IMG/VR virus record: IMGVR_UViG_3300042507_004023
Length of the DNA stretch: 64,000 nt
Direction: 5' to 3' (one strand)
Origin: a virus
The notes below the pieces were generated by a model. It was not told the DNA's origin. It did not search any database and was given only the letters and a program-made list of their open reading frames with translations. Of the stretch, positions 26,726-35,586 are shown one piece after another. Both the position numbers and the translations under genes were made by a program. Positions within the stretch are counted from its first letter, which is position 1; each line of letters begins with the position of its first letter.

Positions 26726-29428
26726 ATGGCAGAACAAGGATTTAATGTAGGGCCTAATGCAACACCAGGGGGAGCACCAGAAGATCCTCGTGTGAATAAT
26801 GCTGCTTTGAATGCTGAACTGAAACAGGCTCAGTTGTTGCAAGCACAAACTATAAAGTCTCTGACAGAAACAATTGAAGAACTGCAAAAACAGTATGCCG
26901 AACTAACTGGCGAAGCCAGAACCTTGTCAAACGACGAAAAACTGGTTACTAACAAACTCCGAGAAAAAATTGAAACTCTCACTCAAATTCTTAAGAGCAT
27001 GCAGGACAGCATGGCTAAAGGAGAGCCTGTTCGCTCGCTTGCAAGTATCGGTCAAAAGGAAAGAATACAAACCTTTGACAAATTAACTGCGGTAATTTCT
27101 CAGTATCAAAAGAGTAACTTGGAGTTTATGAAATCGTCGCAAGGGCAGTCTCTTGATTTTGATAGTTGGTATGAAGGATTCTTAGAACAACAAAAGGTGG
27201 ATTTGGCTAATCTTGAAGCCTCGGAATACAACGGTATTGTATTAGAAGAAATCAAGAAAATACTAAAAGCATCCTCTACAGACCTAGCAAAAGTTTCAGA
27301 TCCTGAACTTGAAGAACTAGCAAAACAGTCGCTTAAACTTTCTGTGGATGAGAAGCGTAGAGATTTAGAATTCTATGAACAAAATAGAGACATCATAAAA
27401 CTAAATCGAGAAGCCAACATTCAAGAGCAAGAGAATGTAAGAAAACTGGTTGCTTCAAATCAGTTTGATCCATCAAAGCCTATTTTGGAACACGGGTTTA
27501 AGAGTGTTTCCAAAGATATGGACAAACTGATTCAAAATACTAAGCATCGTTCTCTAATAAAGATAATATCTGATCTTTTAGGGCCATTTGGCCCAATCAT
27601 TATGGGCTTGGTGAAGTTTGTAGTTCTGCCTCTGATGTTTGCTTTAGGTTTGTTTGGTGGCGTGTTGGTTGCTCAATACCTGAAACTTCGTGCTTTAGGC
27701 AATCTTTTAACTCTAGCCCCAATCAAAAACTTTATTGTGGGTATACAAGATATTGGAATACAACTCAAAGCATTTAAAATTGGAATAGAAAGAACGATAT
27801 TCCACGATTTGCCCGAGGTATACAGATCTATATCTGAATTTGCTAAAAGATTTAAATTTAGACTAAGTAATATTCTTAACATTTTTGCAGACACCGAGTT
27901 TGCAAAACGATTTGAGATGGTTCCCGCATTCATAAAGTATTTGTTTGATACAGGATTGCAGAAAATAACACAGTCTCGAATCGGCACAATATTTTCCGGA
28001 CTGTTTAAATTCATTGGTCAAACAGGTAAAATTCTAGGAAATATAGGCTCAAGAGTTTTGTCGGTAACAAATTCTATAGCCGGTTTTTTCAGTAAAGTAT
28101 TTGAACCCATCACCACATTCTTTAAGTCGGGAACAGGCAGACTTGTCGTTGCGGTTGATGGTGCAACCTTGGGAATATTCCGAATGATTAAGTTTGGATT
28201 TCAGATAGGAAAAACTCTAGCAGGAATTGCTGGCCCTATTGCAACTGTGATGAGTATTTTCGAGGGATTGCCTGCCTTGTGGTCAAAATTAACTTCTGGA
28301 GATTTACGAACAGCGATAAAAGGAGCGTTGGCTCTTATAACACAAATTACCGCACAAGCCCTAGCAACTATTTTTGGTGGGCCAGTTGGTGGTATCGCTG
28401 CGGCTATGACACTAAACTTTGAAAGAATTTACCGATGGTTTGAACCGCTATTTGATTTGATTCTCGATGTTGGTGAAGTCATTTTTGGTGTTATTTCTTC
28501 AGTATACAAAGATTTTGTTGAACCTATAATGGCAACCATAACAAAAGTTCTAGTAACCTTGATGGATAGTGCTTTTAAACTGATAAATCCTGTAATTAAA
28601 TCGTTGAGAATATTGTTTCTTGTATTGAGTTATACAATAATACCTCTAATAAAAGCAGCATTCAAAGTTTTAGGATTTGTTTTGGGCAAACTACTAGAAG
28701 GAGCATTGTGGCTTTACGATCACACTATAGGCCCTGTGATAGACGGCATTTCTGGTATGTTTAACTATCTGTTAGACAATCTTGAAAGTGTTATAAAAGG
28801 TATTGTTGGTTTTGCTATTGATCTATACAACAAAACTGTTGGTAAGGTTTTTGGAAAAATGGAAAATCCGTTTGAGACATCTAAAGCCAAAACCGCTCCA
28901 ACTCCAGCACCAACTGCGGAAAAGCCTCCAACAGAAACACTAATGTCAGATACGGAAAAGAAAGATTGGTTTAATTCGTTAAGCACCTCGGTAACTGAGG
29001 GCGTTTCTGATGCGGTAGGAAAAGGTAAAGAAATGGGAGGAGCCGCTTCAGAATCTATTAAAAGTCTAGTTGATGTGATGAAAGAGCATACCGAAGCGGT
29101 TAAACAGCAAACTGAAGCATTGGCAAACAGTCCGCTTGGTATGAAAATTAGACAGAAGGGATTAGAAGGCCTTGAGTATGCAACCACACCGATAAGTAAT
29201 CAGCAGATGCAGTATGCAGCATCACCACAACTTGCTCAAATGAGTCAGCAAGAAATGATGAATGCGGCTCTTGGCTTTAAAGGAAAAGCCGGAGATACTG
29301 TTGTGAACAATGTAGTCACGAACAATACCTCCGGCTCGGGTGGAGGCGGATTTATTCCAATGGTGTCGTCAGGTCACATGGATCCTACCAAAGTAGCACT
29401 CCAAATTTCCTATCGACCACCAGGGTAA
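26726..29428 (+). CDS. Probable tape measure protein (gp29 position)
   Basis: 900 aa; coiled-coil N-terminus, long amphipathic/hydrophobic helical middle, C-terminal VVNNVVTNN segment; directly after gp26-gp51. Assignment is positional and compositional. Confidence 0.6.
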   Translation: MAEQGFNVGPNATPGGAPEDPRVNNAALNAELKQAQLLQAQTIKSLTETIEELQKQYAELTGEARTLSNDEKLVTNKLREKIETLTQILKSMQDSMAKGEPVRSLASIGQKERIQTFDKLTAVISQYQKSNLEFMKSSQGQSLDFDSWYEGFLEQQKVDLANLEASEYNGIVLEEIKKILKASSTDLAKVSDPELEELAKQSLKLSVDEKRRDLEFYEQNRDIIKLNREANIQEQENVRKLVASNQFDPSKPILEHGFKSVSKDMDKLIQNTKHRSLIKIISDLLGPFGPIIMGLVKFVVLPLMFALGLFGGVLVAQYLKLRALGNLLTLAPIKNFIVGIQDIGIQLKAFKIGIERTIFHDLPEVYRSISEFAKRFKFRLSNILNIFADTEFAKRFEMVPAFIKYLFDTGLQKITQSRIGTIFSGLFKFIGQTGKILGNIGSRVLSVTNSIAGFFSKVFEPITTFFKSGTGRLVVAVDGATLGIFRMIKFGFQIGKTLAGIAGPIATVMSIFEGLPALWSKLTSGDLRTAIKGALALITQITAQALATIFGGPVGGIAAAMTLNFERIYRWFEPLFDLILDVGEVIFGVISSVYKDFVEPIMATITKVLVTLMDSAFKLINPVIKSLRILFLVLSYTIIPLIKAAFKVLGFVLGKLLEGALWLYDHTIGPVIDGISGMFNYLLDNLESVIKGIVGFAIDLYNKTVGKVFGKMENPFETSKAKTAPTPAPTAEKPPTETLMSDTEKKDWFNSLSTSVTEGVSDAVGKGKEMGGAASESIKSLVDVMKEHTEAVKQQTEALANSPLGMKIRQKGLEGLEYATTPISNQQMQYAASPQLAQMSQQEMMNAALGFKGKAGDTVVNNVVTNNTSGSGGGGFIPMVSSGHMDPTKVALQISYRPPG

Positions 29429-30334
29429 TCAATCCTCTTCAGCCAACTTGCGGAAGTAGGAAAGCGTATCCTCTTCGCCGCCATCGTCCTCTTCAACAAC
29501 AGGCTTCTTTGCAGCGGCAGTTTCCTTCTTACGGAACTTCTCGCTCAAACTCTCACGGATGGGTTCTTCATCTTCAGCCTTCTTGGAAGACTTGATTTCA
29601 GTCGTGAGAACAGTCTCAAGACGCTCCTTCAATTCCTCGTAAGACTTGAACTTGTCTGCACCAGTAAACTCGGCAAGAGCATACTGTGACTTCCACACCT
29701 TCTCAAGAAGTTCATCCTTGCCGTCAAGTAGCGGACTCTTGTTATCAAATTCGCTCTTGTCATAGTTAGCAAAGCCACCAACAGTCTGAATCTTCATCTT
29801 GAAGTTTCTGCCGTTCCAAAAATCGAACGGATTGATTGGCTCTTCGCCGGGGAACTTCGGCTGCATGGAGTCGGTGATCTTATCAAAAATCTTCTTGCCG
29901 TAGCGGAACAGGAACACCTTGCCCTCGTTCTCACGGTTCGCAGGATCGCTGACAACCATGATGTTTGAGATGTAAGACAGTTTGCGCTTACGAGCACGAG
30001 CAATTTCCTTGTCGGCTTCAATCCCGCTGTTCCACAACTCGTTGTTGGCTTCGCATACAGGACACTTCTTACCCAAAGTGGTTGGGCAGTTTTCAATATA
30101 CCAACCGCCCTTGCCTTGGAAGCCGTGCGAGAAAACTCGTGCCCACGGAACTTCTTCGCCCTCGCAGGCAGGCAGGAACCGAAGCACGGCATAACCGTTT
30201 CCGTCCTTACCACGCTCTGGGCTCCAGAAGCGGTCATCCTTGTATGATTTGGTTTCTGTCGTCTTTTCCAATTCCTTGGCGAGAGCCGAGACAGAGTTCT
30301 TGCTCATCTTCTTTAAATCTGAAAATCCAGCCAT
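29429..30334 (-). CDS. gp32: Single-stranded DNA-binding protein gp32
   Basis: DDRFW, GNGYAVLRFLP, WYIENCPTTLGKKCPVCEAN, RKRKLSYISNI, FDFWNGRNFKMKI, acidic tail. Confidence 0.97.
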   Translation of the reverse strand: MAGFSDLKKMSKNSVSALAKELEKTTETKSYKDDRFWSPERGKDGNGYAVLRFLPACEGEEVPWARVFSHGFQGKGGWYIENCPTTLGKKCPVCEANNELWNSGIEADKEIARARKRKLSYISNIMVVSDPANRENEGKVFLFRYGKKIFDKITDSMQPKFPGEEPINPFDFWNGRNFKMKIQTVGGFANYDKSEFDNKSPLLDGKDELLEKVWKSQYALAEFTGADKFKSYEELKERLETVLTTEIKSSKKAEDEEPIRESLSEKFRKKETAAAKKPVVEEDDGGEEDTLSYFRKLAEED

Positions 30335-30338
30335 TGTA

Positions 30339-30392
30339 GTATCCTTTCGTATTACGGAGTATTAAAGTGTGTTAGTGAGTATGGTATTGTAT
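30339..30392 (-). repeat. 10-nt phased ATAC repeat in the gp32 leader
   Basis: Plus-strand GTAT at 30339, 30349, 30359, 30379, 30389 and GTGT at 30369; additional GTAT at 30384. Confidence 0.75.
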
Positions 30393-30414
30393 ACTAAGTA
30401 TTCTTTGTATGCAA
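30386..30414 (-). promoter_or_regulatory. Sigma70-type promoter for gp32 (TTGCAT-N17-TACAAT)
   Basis: -35 at 30414-30409, -10 at 30391-30386. Confidence 0.5.
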
Positions 30415-31014
30415 CTTATTTGTGATGATTTCCGATATGATTCTCTTCAAGTCATCACGCCTAGTATCTAGGTGGAGGAATGGAGCATACCGCAAAATTG
30501 GTATACCAACCTCTTCCCATATAGGGTCGCCGTCCATACGCCAGCGTTTTGTAAATCCAAGTATGCTGTCCAAAACTAAAAAAGTTTCAGGAGAAATTCG
30601 CTTCTCCATTACAGCACGAAATATATCAGGATGTGTGCCTTCTTGATGTGTAAACAAACGATTGAAACACTCCGGGTCTTCTTTGCAGCGTTCCCAAAGT
30701 GTATTCATTTCAGTTTTAACCTGATACTGTAAAGCCTGAACCCTGCGTAGTCTAGACAGATGTTCGGCTTCTGCATCTTCTCCAAGCATGTCACCAACCC
30801 AAGTTTTATTGGCTAGAATTTGTGACAAGAAGAACTCCACGATTTCATCTCGGGAGTAACGCTTGGCTAACTTCTCAAAGTAATAGCGATCTTTGCGTCG
30901 TTCAAAAGTTTCAGGGGCAACTTTAACCTTGCCGAACTTATGATAGTCAAACCCGCTGTTTTTAAAGTGTGCTTTGAGAGTTATGAAAGTTTGATAGGCT
31001 TCAAACGGTCGCAT
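30394..31014 (-). CDS. gp59: Helicase loader gp59
   Basis: FEAYQTFITLKAHF..SGFDYHKFG..KV...FERRKDRYYFEKLAKRY; adjacent to gp32 and gp33. Confidence 0.88.
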   Translation of the reverse strand: MRPFEAYQTFITLKAHFKNSGFDYHKFGKVKVAPETFERRKDRYYFEKLAKRYSRDEIVEFFLSQILANKTWVGDMLGEDAEAEHLSRLRRVQALQYQVKTEMNTLWERCKEDPECFNRLFTHQEGTHPDIFRAVMEKRISPETFLVLDSILGFTKRWRMDGDPIWEEVGIPILRYAPFLHLDTRRDDLKRIISEIITNKLHTKNT

Positions 31015-31239
31015 TTAAAATAGTTTAGAACTCTTCTTAAGCATGTTGGCTTTCTGTCCTTCCACACGAAGCCGCTCTTTTATGGGCTTGGTTAGGAGTT
31101 TAGCCACTGCTTCAGGCTCAATCCCATGCTTTTCGCACAAGTCAACAATCACTTCCATGTAGGTAGTATCTTTACGACTTCTATACAATTCTTCTATTTG
31201 ACGACAGAAATCGTTTTGTAGATTGAGTATCGACCCCAT
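31015..31239 (-). CDS. gp33: Late transcription coactivator gp33
   Basis: F...IEEL...YMEVIVDLCEKHGIEPEAVAKLLTKPIKERLRVEG...NML. Confidence 0.88.
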   Translation of the reverse strand: MGSILNLQNDFCRQIEELYRSRKDTTYMEVIVDLCEKHGIEPEAVAKLLTKPIKERLRVEGQKANMLKKSSKLF

Positions 31240-31466
31240 TATTCTTCACCTATCTCTTCTTCGCGTGGAACCACAGTTAATTGTTCGCCACGAATGAGAG
31301 CATTGTTGAACTCTTCTTCTGTAAGGAACAGAGTCAACTCACGATCTTTATACATGATGTGAACAATGTGCTTACCTTCGCCCAACTTTTCCAAGATAGA
31401 CTCTTTGATCTTTGCGATATCTACTGGCTCTTCTTTACGCTTGAATAGTTGTGTTAACCACTTCAT
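31239..31466 (-). CDS. Small hypothetical protein (75 aa)
   Basis: Start revised to ATG 31466 (MKWLTQLFKRK) with AGAGGA upstream; stop overlaps the gp33 start. Confidence 0.6.
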   Translation of the reverse strand: MKWLTQLFKRKEEPVDIAKIKESILEKLGEGKHIVHIMYKDRELTLFLTEEEFNNALIRGEQLTVVPREEEIGEE

Positions 31467-32115
31467 TGATTTTCCTCTGTAATTCTGAGAAATTGTTGTC
31501 TGCCCAATATCCCTTAATGGCTTCACCTAGTTTGGTTTTGTAGTCATCAGGATTCTTTTTGAAAACTTGTGTTACACCGTCTTCCGCCGTAACAAGAATG
31601 ACAACCTGCGGAATTCTTTCACCAAAATTCTCTAGCCACATATACGAGTATGCGGCAGTTTGTTCAAAGTAGTTACCTATCCACTCTTCTTTACGAGCGG
31701 TGCGGGCGGTCTTGAAGTCAATCACAGAAAGCACTCCATCGTAAACACCTATGCAGTCAAATCTGCCTGCCATACGAAGTGTATCTGAACATAACTGCAT
31801 TTCCTGTGCTCGCCAACTGCTGATTTTATTCAAATTTGGAACAAGTTGGTTGAACAACATTTGAGCCGTTGAATCTTCGGTTTTGTATTCAATTCCGTTC
31901 AGGTGTTCTTCCACCATGCGATGAACCGTCGTGCCACGACTAGTAGCCTGTTCAGAAACTTTTTGATTTTCAGGCTTCTGTCTCCACTTTGCCCAAAAGT
32001 CTCGCTTTGCCCAACCTGTAACAGTCGTAACAGATGGATACCAGTTTCCTGTTTTTGCAGACTGATAGAATCTGCCCATTCCTGGAATTTCAATTGATTT
32101 TAGTTTTGCTTCCAT
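31435..32115 (-). CDS. PD-(D/E)XK exonuclease (RecB/Cas4-like; common in T4-like phages)
   Basis: YPSVTTV, RGTTVH..VE, AGRFDCIG...VIDFKTA, YFEQTAAY. Confidence 0.88.
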   Translation of the reverse strand: MEAKLKSIEIPGMGRFYQSAKTGNWYPSVTTVTGWAKRDFWAKWRQKPENQKVSEQATSRGTTVHRMVEEHLNGIEYKTEDSTAQMLFNQLVPNLNKISSWRAQEMQLCSDTLRMAGRFDCIGVYDGVLSVIDFKTARTARKEEWIGNYFEQTAAYSYMWLENFGERIPQVVILVTAEDGVTQVFKKNPDDYKTKLGEAIKGYWADNNFSELQRKINEVVNTTIQA

Positions 32116-32116
32116 T

Positions 32117-32368
32117 TCAATAATCTCTCATGGTGTTTCTAGGATGCGCTTTCTTTATTTTTGAAATAACATCCTTGAAACCACCGTCAGGTCTTGTGAT
32201 ACCTAGACGCACAGGATCAATCACTTGAATCGCTGCATCTAGTTTGATAACTTTCTTCTTTCCGCACTTCGGGCAAGGCTTCTTGGTAGGCTTGTTTCGA
32301 TTTGCAATGGTTTGAAAATCGTCCCACACATGCTCGCATGCGTTGCATTTATAATCGTATAGAGGCAT
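32117..32368 (-). CDS. FmdB-family zinc-ribbon protein
   Basis: MPLYDYKCNACEH...CPKCG; GFKDVISKIKKAHP. Confidence 0.85.
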   Translation of the reverse strand: MPLYDYKCNACEHVWDDFQTIANRNKPTKKPCPKCGKKKVIKLDAAIQVIDPVRLGITRPDGGFKDVISKIKKAHPRNTMRDY

Positions 32369-32377
32369 TCGGTATCC

Positions 32378-32385
32378 TATTTATA
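32378..32385 (-). promoter_or_regulatory. Canonical late promoter TATAAATA upstream of the FmdB-exonuclease-gp33 block
   Basis: Exact consensus 9 nt before ATG 32368. Confidence 0.7.
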
Positions 32386-33304
32386 ACACTTGTCCTATTA
32401 TACTACGATATTCAAACAATGCAAGATCTTTTGCTTTGGCTTCAATCATTACATCATAGGGCGTATTGCCCAAGTCTGGTATGCGTTGTTTAATGTAGTC
32501 GGAGTGTGCTTGAGGTCGCTTGCCTTCCGCAGATTCCGAATAGTGAATCTTTGGAATTTCACAAAACCCACCCCATGTGGAAAACGCCATATCAGCCGCT
32601 TCTTGCAAAGACTCTTTAGCACAAAATCTGTGGTGATGAATATCCAATACTAGTTTCACGGTGCAATACTTTGCAACCTGCTTCAGTAGATCGGTCATAC
32701 TCCACATGGAAGCCTTGTCGTCGTTCTCTAAGGTCAATCGTTTTTTAGTATGATCGGGCAATTTAGAAAAGTTTGCTAGAAACCTTTCTGCGGTTTCATG
32801 CTTGCCTTCATACACACCACCCATATGAATGTTTATAGCAAACTCGTCACCGTATCCCAACAGATCGCCAATCAGAGAGTGCATCTCAAGTGAAACGATA
32901 GACTTCCTGACAATTTCAAGGTTAGGACTAGCCAAACAAGTGTATGGGCCAGGATGACACGATAGACGAATGCCTGCGGCTTTAGCAATTCTGCCTGCTT
33001 CTGTGAAATTTCTTGTGATACTTTCCTGATGATCTTCTCGCAGATGCCGCAAAGCATAGCCAATAGTCATATGATCCATGAACGGAAACATTTCGCTGCT
33101 GACACGAAACATCTTGATATTGTTATCGGCATTCCATTGCATGATCTTGACAAGATCGGCAGCATTCTTTGCTGCCAGATCGCCACAGCGTTCCAAACTA
33201 AAGTTGGACATCCGCAAGGTTCTGCTTGTGGTGATCTGATCTTTCTTTTTCAAGCCTTGATTCATCGTTAGATTTACACAGGCGTATCCGATATTGCGTA
33301 TCAT
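32381..33304 (-). CDS. uvsE: UV-damage endonuclease (UvsE/UVDE)
   Basis: IGYACVN, SRTLR, FRVSSEMFP, RLSCHPGPYTCLASP, INIHMGG, RLTLENDD, LDIHHH, KIHYSE, HSD, DVMIEAKAKD. Start revised to ATG 33304 (GGAG upstream). Confidence 0.93.
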   Translation of the reverse strand: MIRNIGYACVNLTMNQGLKKKDQITTSRTLRMSNFSLERCGDLAAKNAADLVKIMQWNADNNIKMFRVSSEMFPFMDHMTIGYALRHLREDHQESITRNFTEAGRIAKAAGIRLSCHPGPYTCLASPNLEIVRKSIVSLEMHSLIGDLLGYGDEFAINIHMGGVYEGKHETAERFLANFSKLPDHTKKRLTLENDDKASMWSMTDLLKQVAKYCTVKLVLDIHHHRFCAKESLQEAADMAFSTWGGFCEIPKIHYSESAEGKRPQAHSDYIKQRIPDLGNTPYDVMIEAKAKDLALFEYRSIIGQVL

Positions 33305-33320
33305 GCTTTCTCCAATATAA

Positions 33321-33346
33321 CACAAAAGCCTTGCGTGAGCAAGGCT
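33321..33346 (-). terminator. Intrinsic terminator after the small early genes
   Basis: Perfect 8-bp stem AGCCTTGC/GCAAGGCT (33327-33346) followed by TTTGTG on the minus strand. Confidence 0.7.
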
Positions 33347-33375
33347 AATGTGGCAAGAATCACACCCGTAAGTTT

Positions 33376-33618
33376 TTAATCATCGTCCCTGTCGGGAGCG
33401 GAGCCGTCGTCTTCATCATCGAAGTAGAAATTTGGATCTTCTTCTTCAATTTCATCCATCTGTTCTGCGTATTCCTGATCCGGCTCGTCAGGATTGTGCT
33501 CGCTTCCATATTCATCAGAATCCTGATGCTCATCATCATCGTAAGCCCCCTCATCGGGATCCGGCGAACTTGCAAGATAGTAGTTTTCGTAAAAATCGTC
33601 AGGGTTGTAGATCGACAT
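33376..33618 (-). CDS. Very acidic 80-aa protein
   Basis: 34 Asp/Glu, 1 Arg, no Lys; fills the gap between the upstream ORF and the terminator. Confidence 0.75.
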   Translation of the reverse strand: MSIYNPDDFYENYYLASSPDPDEGAYDDDEHQDSDEYGSEHNPDEPDQEYAEQMDEIEEEDPNFYFDDEDDGSAPDRDDD

Positions 33619-33620
33619 GA

Positions 33621-33845
33621 TTACTTGTTCTTTCGATTAGGCTGTGCGGTAACTTCAAGATCACTTGTCTTGACCCAATGTTGAACATACGGATAAGTAT
33701 CTTCAATAGTCTCGGGATCGTGAACAGAAACTAGATACTGCGCTCCATAACGAGGATCGCGCTCAACGCGAACAATCATACCTGCTCGCTCCATACTGTG
33801 AACCCAAACCTTAGTGCCGGGAGTGTAAACTTCTTCAGTTGTCAT
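33621..33845 (-). CDS. Small hypothetical protein, SH3-like beta pattern (74 aa)
   Basis: Start revised to ATG 33845: MTTEEVYTPGTKVWVHSMERAGMIVRVE...QYLVSVHD...WVKTSDL. Confidence 0.6.
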   Translation of the reverse strand: MTTEEVYTPGTKVWVHSMERAGMIVRVERDPRYGAQYLVSVHDPETIEDTYPYVQHWVKTSDLEVTAQPNRKNK

Positions 33846-33905
33846 TGTGTTTATTAATAAAAATGGTAGGCGACCACAAGCCGCCAAGTAACGCTTGATG
33901 CCAAC

Positions 33906-33933
33906 AATATACTACACCAAAAAGTTTTGTCAA
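33906..33933 (-). promoter_or_regulatory. Sigma70-type early promoter TTGACA-N16-TATATT (leftward)
   Basis: -35 at 33933-33928, -10 at 33911-33906. Confidence 0.65.
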
Positions 33934-33936
33934 GGG

Positions 33937-33964
33937 TTGACACAGAAAAAATCCATGTTACTAT
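33937..33964 (+). promoter_or_regulatory. Sigma70-type early promoter TTGACA-N16-TACTAT with extended -10 TG (rightward)
   Basis: -35 at 33937-33942, -10 at 33959-33964, ATG 9 nt later. Confidence 0.7.
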
Positions 33965-33973
33965 CGTATCGCC

Positions 33974-35104
33974 ATGAGCAAAAAAATTGAACAACAGTAT
34001 TGGGGCGAAGAGCCCCCTTGGGACGATCTTCCTAAAAATCCTGAAGATGTGCGTGTAGCCACTCGTTATTGCAGGGCTATTCAGTGGTATCACAATATGG
34101 CTGATGAAGCCGATTATAAAAAGTGGGTCATGGAGTGGATGACTAAAAATAAATATTCCGCCGCAAACATCAGTTTTGTAAAAAGACTTTCTGATGTGAG
34201 CATCTACCCCGACGATGTGGAGGGTCTTCGTTTGGGTATGACAGTTGGCCCCATTGCTCGTATGCTTACGCTTGGGGCTCCACTATATCCACAACAGATT
34301 GCGGATTTGAAAAAGTGCGTGGCTCACCTTATCTCTAAAGGCAAGCAGGTGCGCGAAGAACTCGCTTCTTCAGGCAGACCTAGTGTTCGTGACCATGTGC
34401 GTGAACAAGTGCGTGACATGATAGAAGAGATGGAACTAGTGGTAGACAAGATTCTCGCAGGAGAAAAGGTGATTTGGAAGCCCGAAGAGTTTATTAAAGA
34501 TCATAACATCAAGCCGATGCAGTCTACCATGATTGCCGAATGGTTTGGTAAGCAGACTAGCGATATTGATTCGATTCTTGAGGGGACTGCTGATGAGCAG
34601 TTAAAAGAAGGATATTCTTTGTTCAAGAAGCCCGTGCTTAGACGGTATCAGGAATGGCTTAAGAGCGTTCTGGATGCGTTCCGTCAGGTAAAGCGGGCTG
34701 CACCACCTATTCGCCGTGTAAAGCGTCGTAAGCCGCCCCTAGAGCGTGTAAAGCGAATGCGTTGGAAGAAGGAAGACCCTGATTTGGGTATCACTTCTAT
34801 TCATCCTTCACGCATAATTGGTGCTTCCAAGGTGGTGCTGTTCAATATCAAAGCACGAGTTGTCACCCTTTTGGAGGCGGAAACGGTAGACGGATTAGAT
34901 GTAGACGGCACTTCTGTTCGTGGATTTGATCCTAAAAGCAGTAAGAGCAAGAAGGTTCGTAAGCCAAAAGAGTTCTTGAAGGACACTAAAGGCGATATCG
35001 GTATTCGTGCGTTCAAAAACGCCTTTGATGCGTTAAAAACTGAAGAACACGAGGCTAGTGGAAGAACCAACGAAGAAACTATAATTTTAATTGTCTACAA
35101 GTAA
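33974..35104 (+). CDS. Hypothetical protein of a type recalled from T4-like phages (376 aa)
   Basis: Long ORF with YWGEEP, AIQWYHNM, WMTKNKY and C-terminal IIGASKVVLFNIKAR...VDGTSVRGFD; function unknown. Confidence 0.75.
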   Translation: MSKKIEQQYWGEEPPWDDLPKNPEDVRVATRYCRAIQWYHNMADEADYKKWVMEWMTKNKYSAANISFVKRLSDVSIYPDDVEGLRLGMTVGPIARMLTLGAPLYPQQIADLKKCVAHLISKGKQVREELASSGRPSVRDHVREQVRDMIEEMELVVDKILAGEKVIWKPEEFIKDHNIKPMQSTMIAEWFGKQTSDIDSILEGTADEQLKEGYSLFKKPVLRRYQEWLKSVLDAFRQVKRAAPPIRRVKRRKPPLERVKRMRWKKEDPDLGITSIHPSRIIGASKVVLFNIKARVVTLLEAETVDGLDVDGTSVRGFDPKSSKSKKVRKPKEFLKDTKGDIGIRAFKNAFDALKTEEHEASGRTNEETIILIVYK

Positions 35105-35111
35105 TTAGCAT

Positions 35112-35119
35112 GCTAAATA
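35112..35119 (+). promoter_or_regulatory. Late promoter GCTAAATA
   Basis: Intergenic, 30 nt before ATG 35150, AGGAG in between. Confidence 0.65.
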
Positions 35120-35149
35120 TTAGAGTCCTATGAATAGGAGTAAAACACA

Positions 35150-35581
35150 ATGCGATCTTTGATTAGTGAGGTTCTAGAAGAAGTCTCACAGGCTAATACT
35201 GAAGAACAAAAAATCAGTATTCTTAGAAAAAATTATTCTCCCGCTTTGGAAGATGTTTTCCAATGGGCGTATAATCCAAACATACAACTGTTTACAAACA
35301 AAATTCCTCCGTATACACCAGATCAATCCCCTGATGGGTTGTCTTTAACCACTCTCTACTCCGAACATAAAAGATTTTATATGTTCCTGAAAGAGTCGCG
35401 TATAACAGAAGAACGAAAGACTATTCTTTTAATTCAAATGCTTGAGGCTTTGGGTGTAAACGAAGCCAAAGTTCTTGAGTATATCGTAACAAAAAATATT
35501 CCTAGTGTTAGTAAAGAACTTGTAGAAAAGGCTTATCCAAATCTTTTCACAAGACCCGTTAAAATTCCTATGGAGGCATAA
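35150..35581 (+). CDS. Hypothetical protein of a type recalled from T4-like phages (143 aa)
   Basis: LISEVLEEVS...KISILRKN..PAL...WAYNPNI...PPYTP; strong AGGAG SD. Confidence 0.8.
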   Translation: MRSLISEVLEEVSQANTEEQKISILRKNYSPALEDVFQWAYNPNIQLFTNKIPPYTPDQSPDGLSLTTLYSEHKRFYMFLKESRITEERKTILLIQMLEALGVNEAKVLEYIVTKNIPSVSKELVEKAYPNLFTRPVKIPMEA

Positions 35582-35586
35582 TAACA

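Noticed and set aside
29794-30339. Three ORFs of 70-147 aa overlapping gp32
   Set aside because: Alternative frames of a GC-richer, codon-biased gene.
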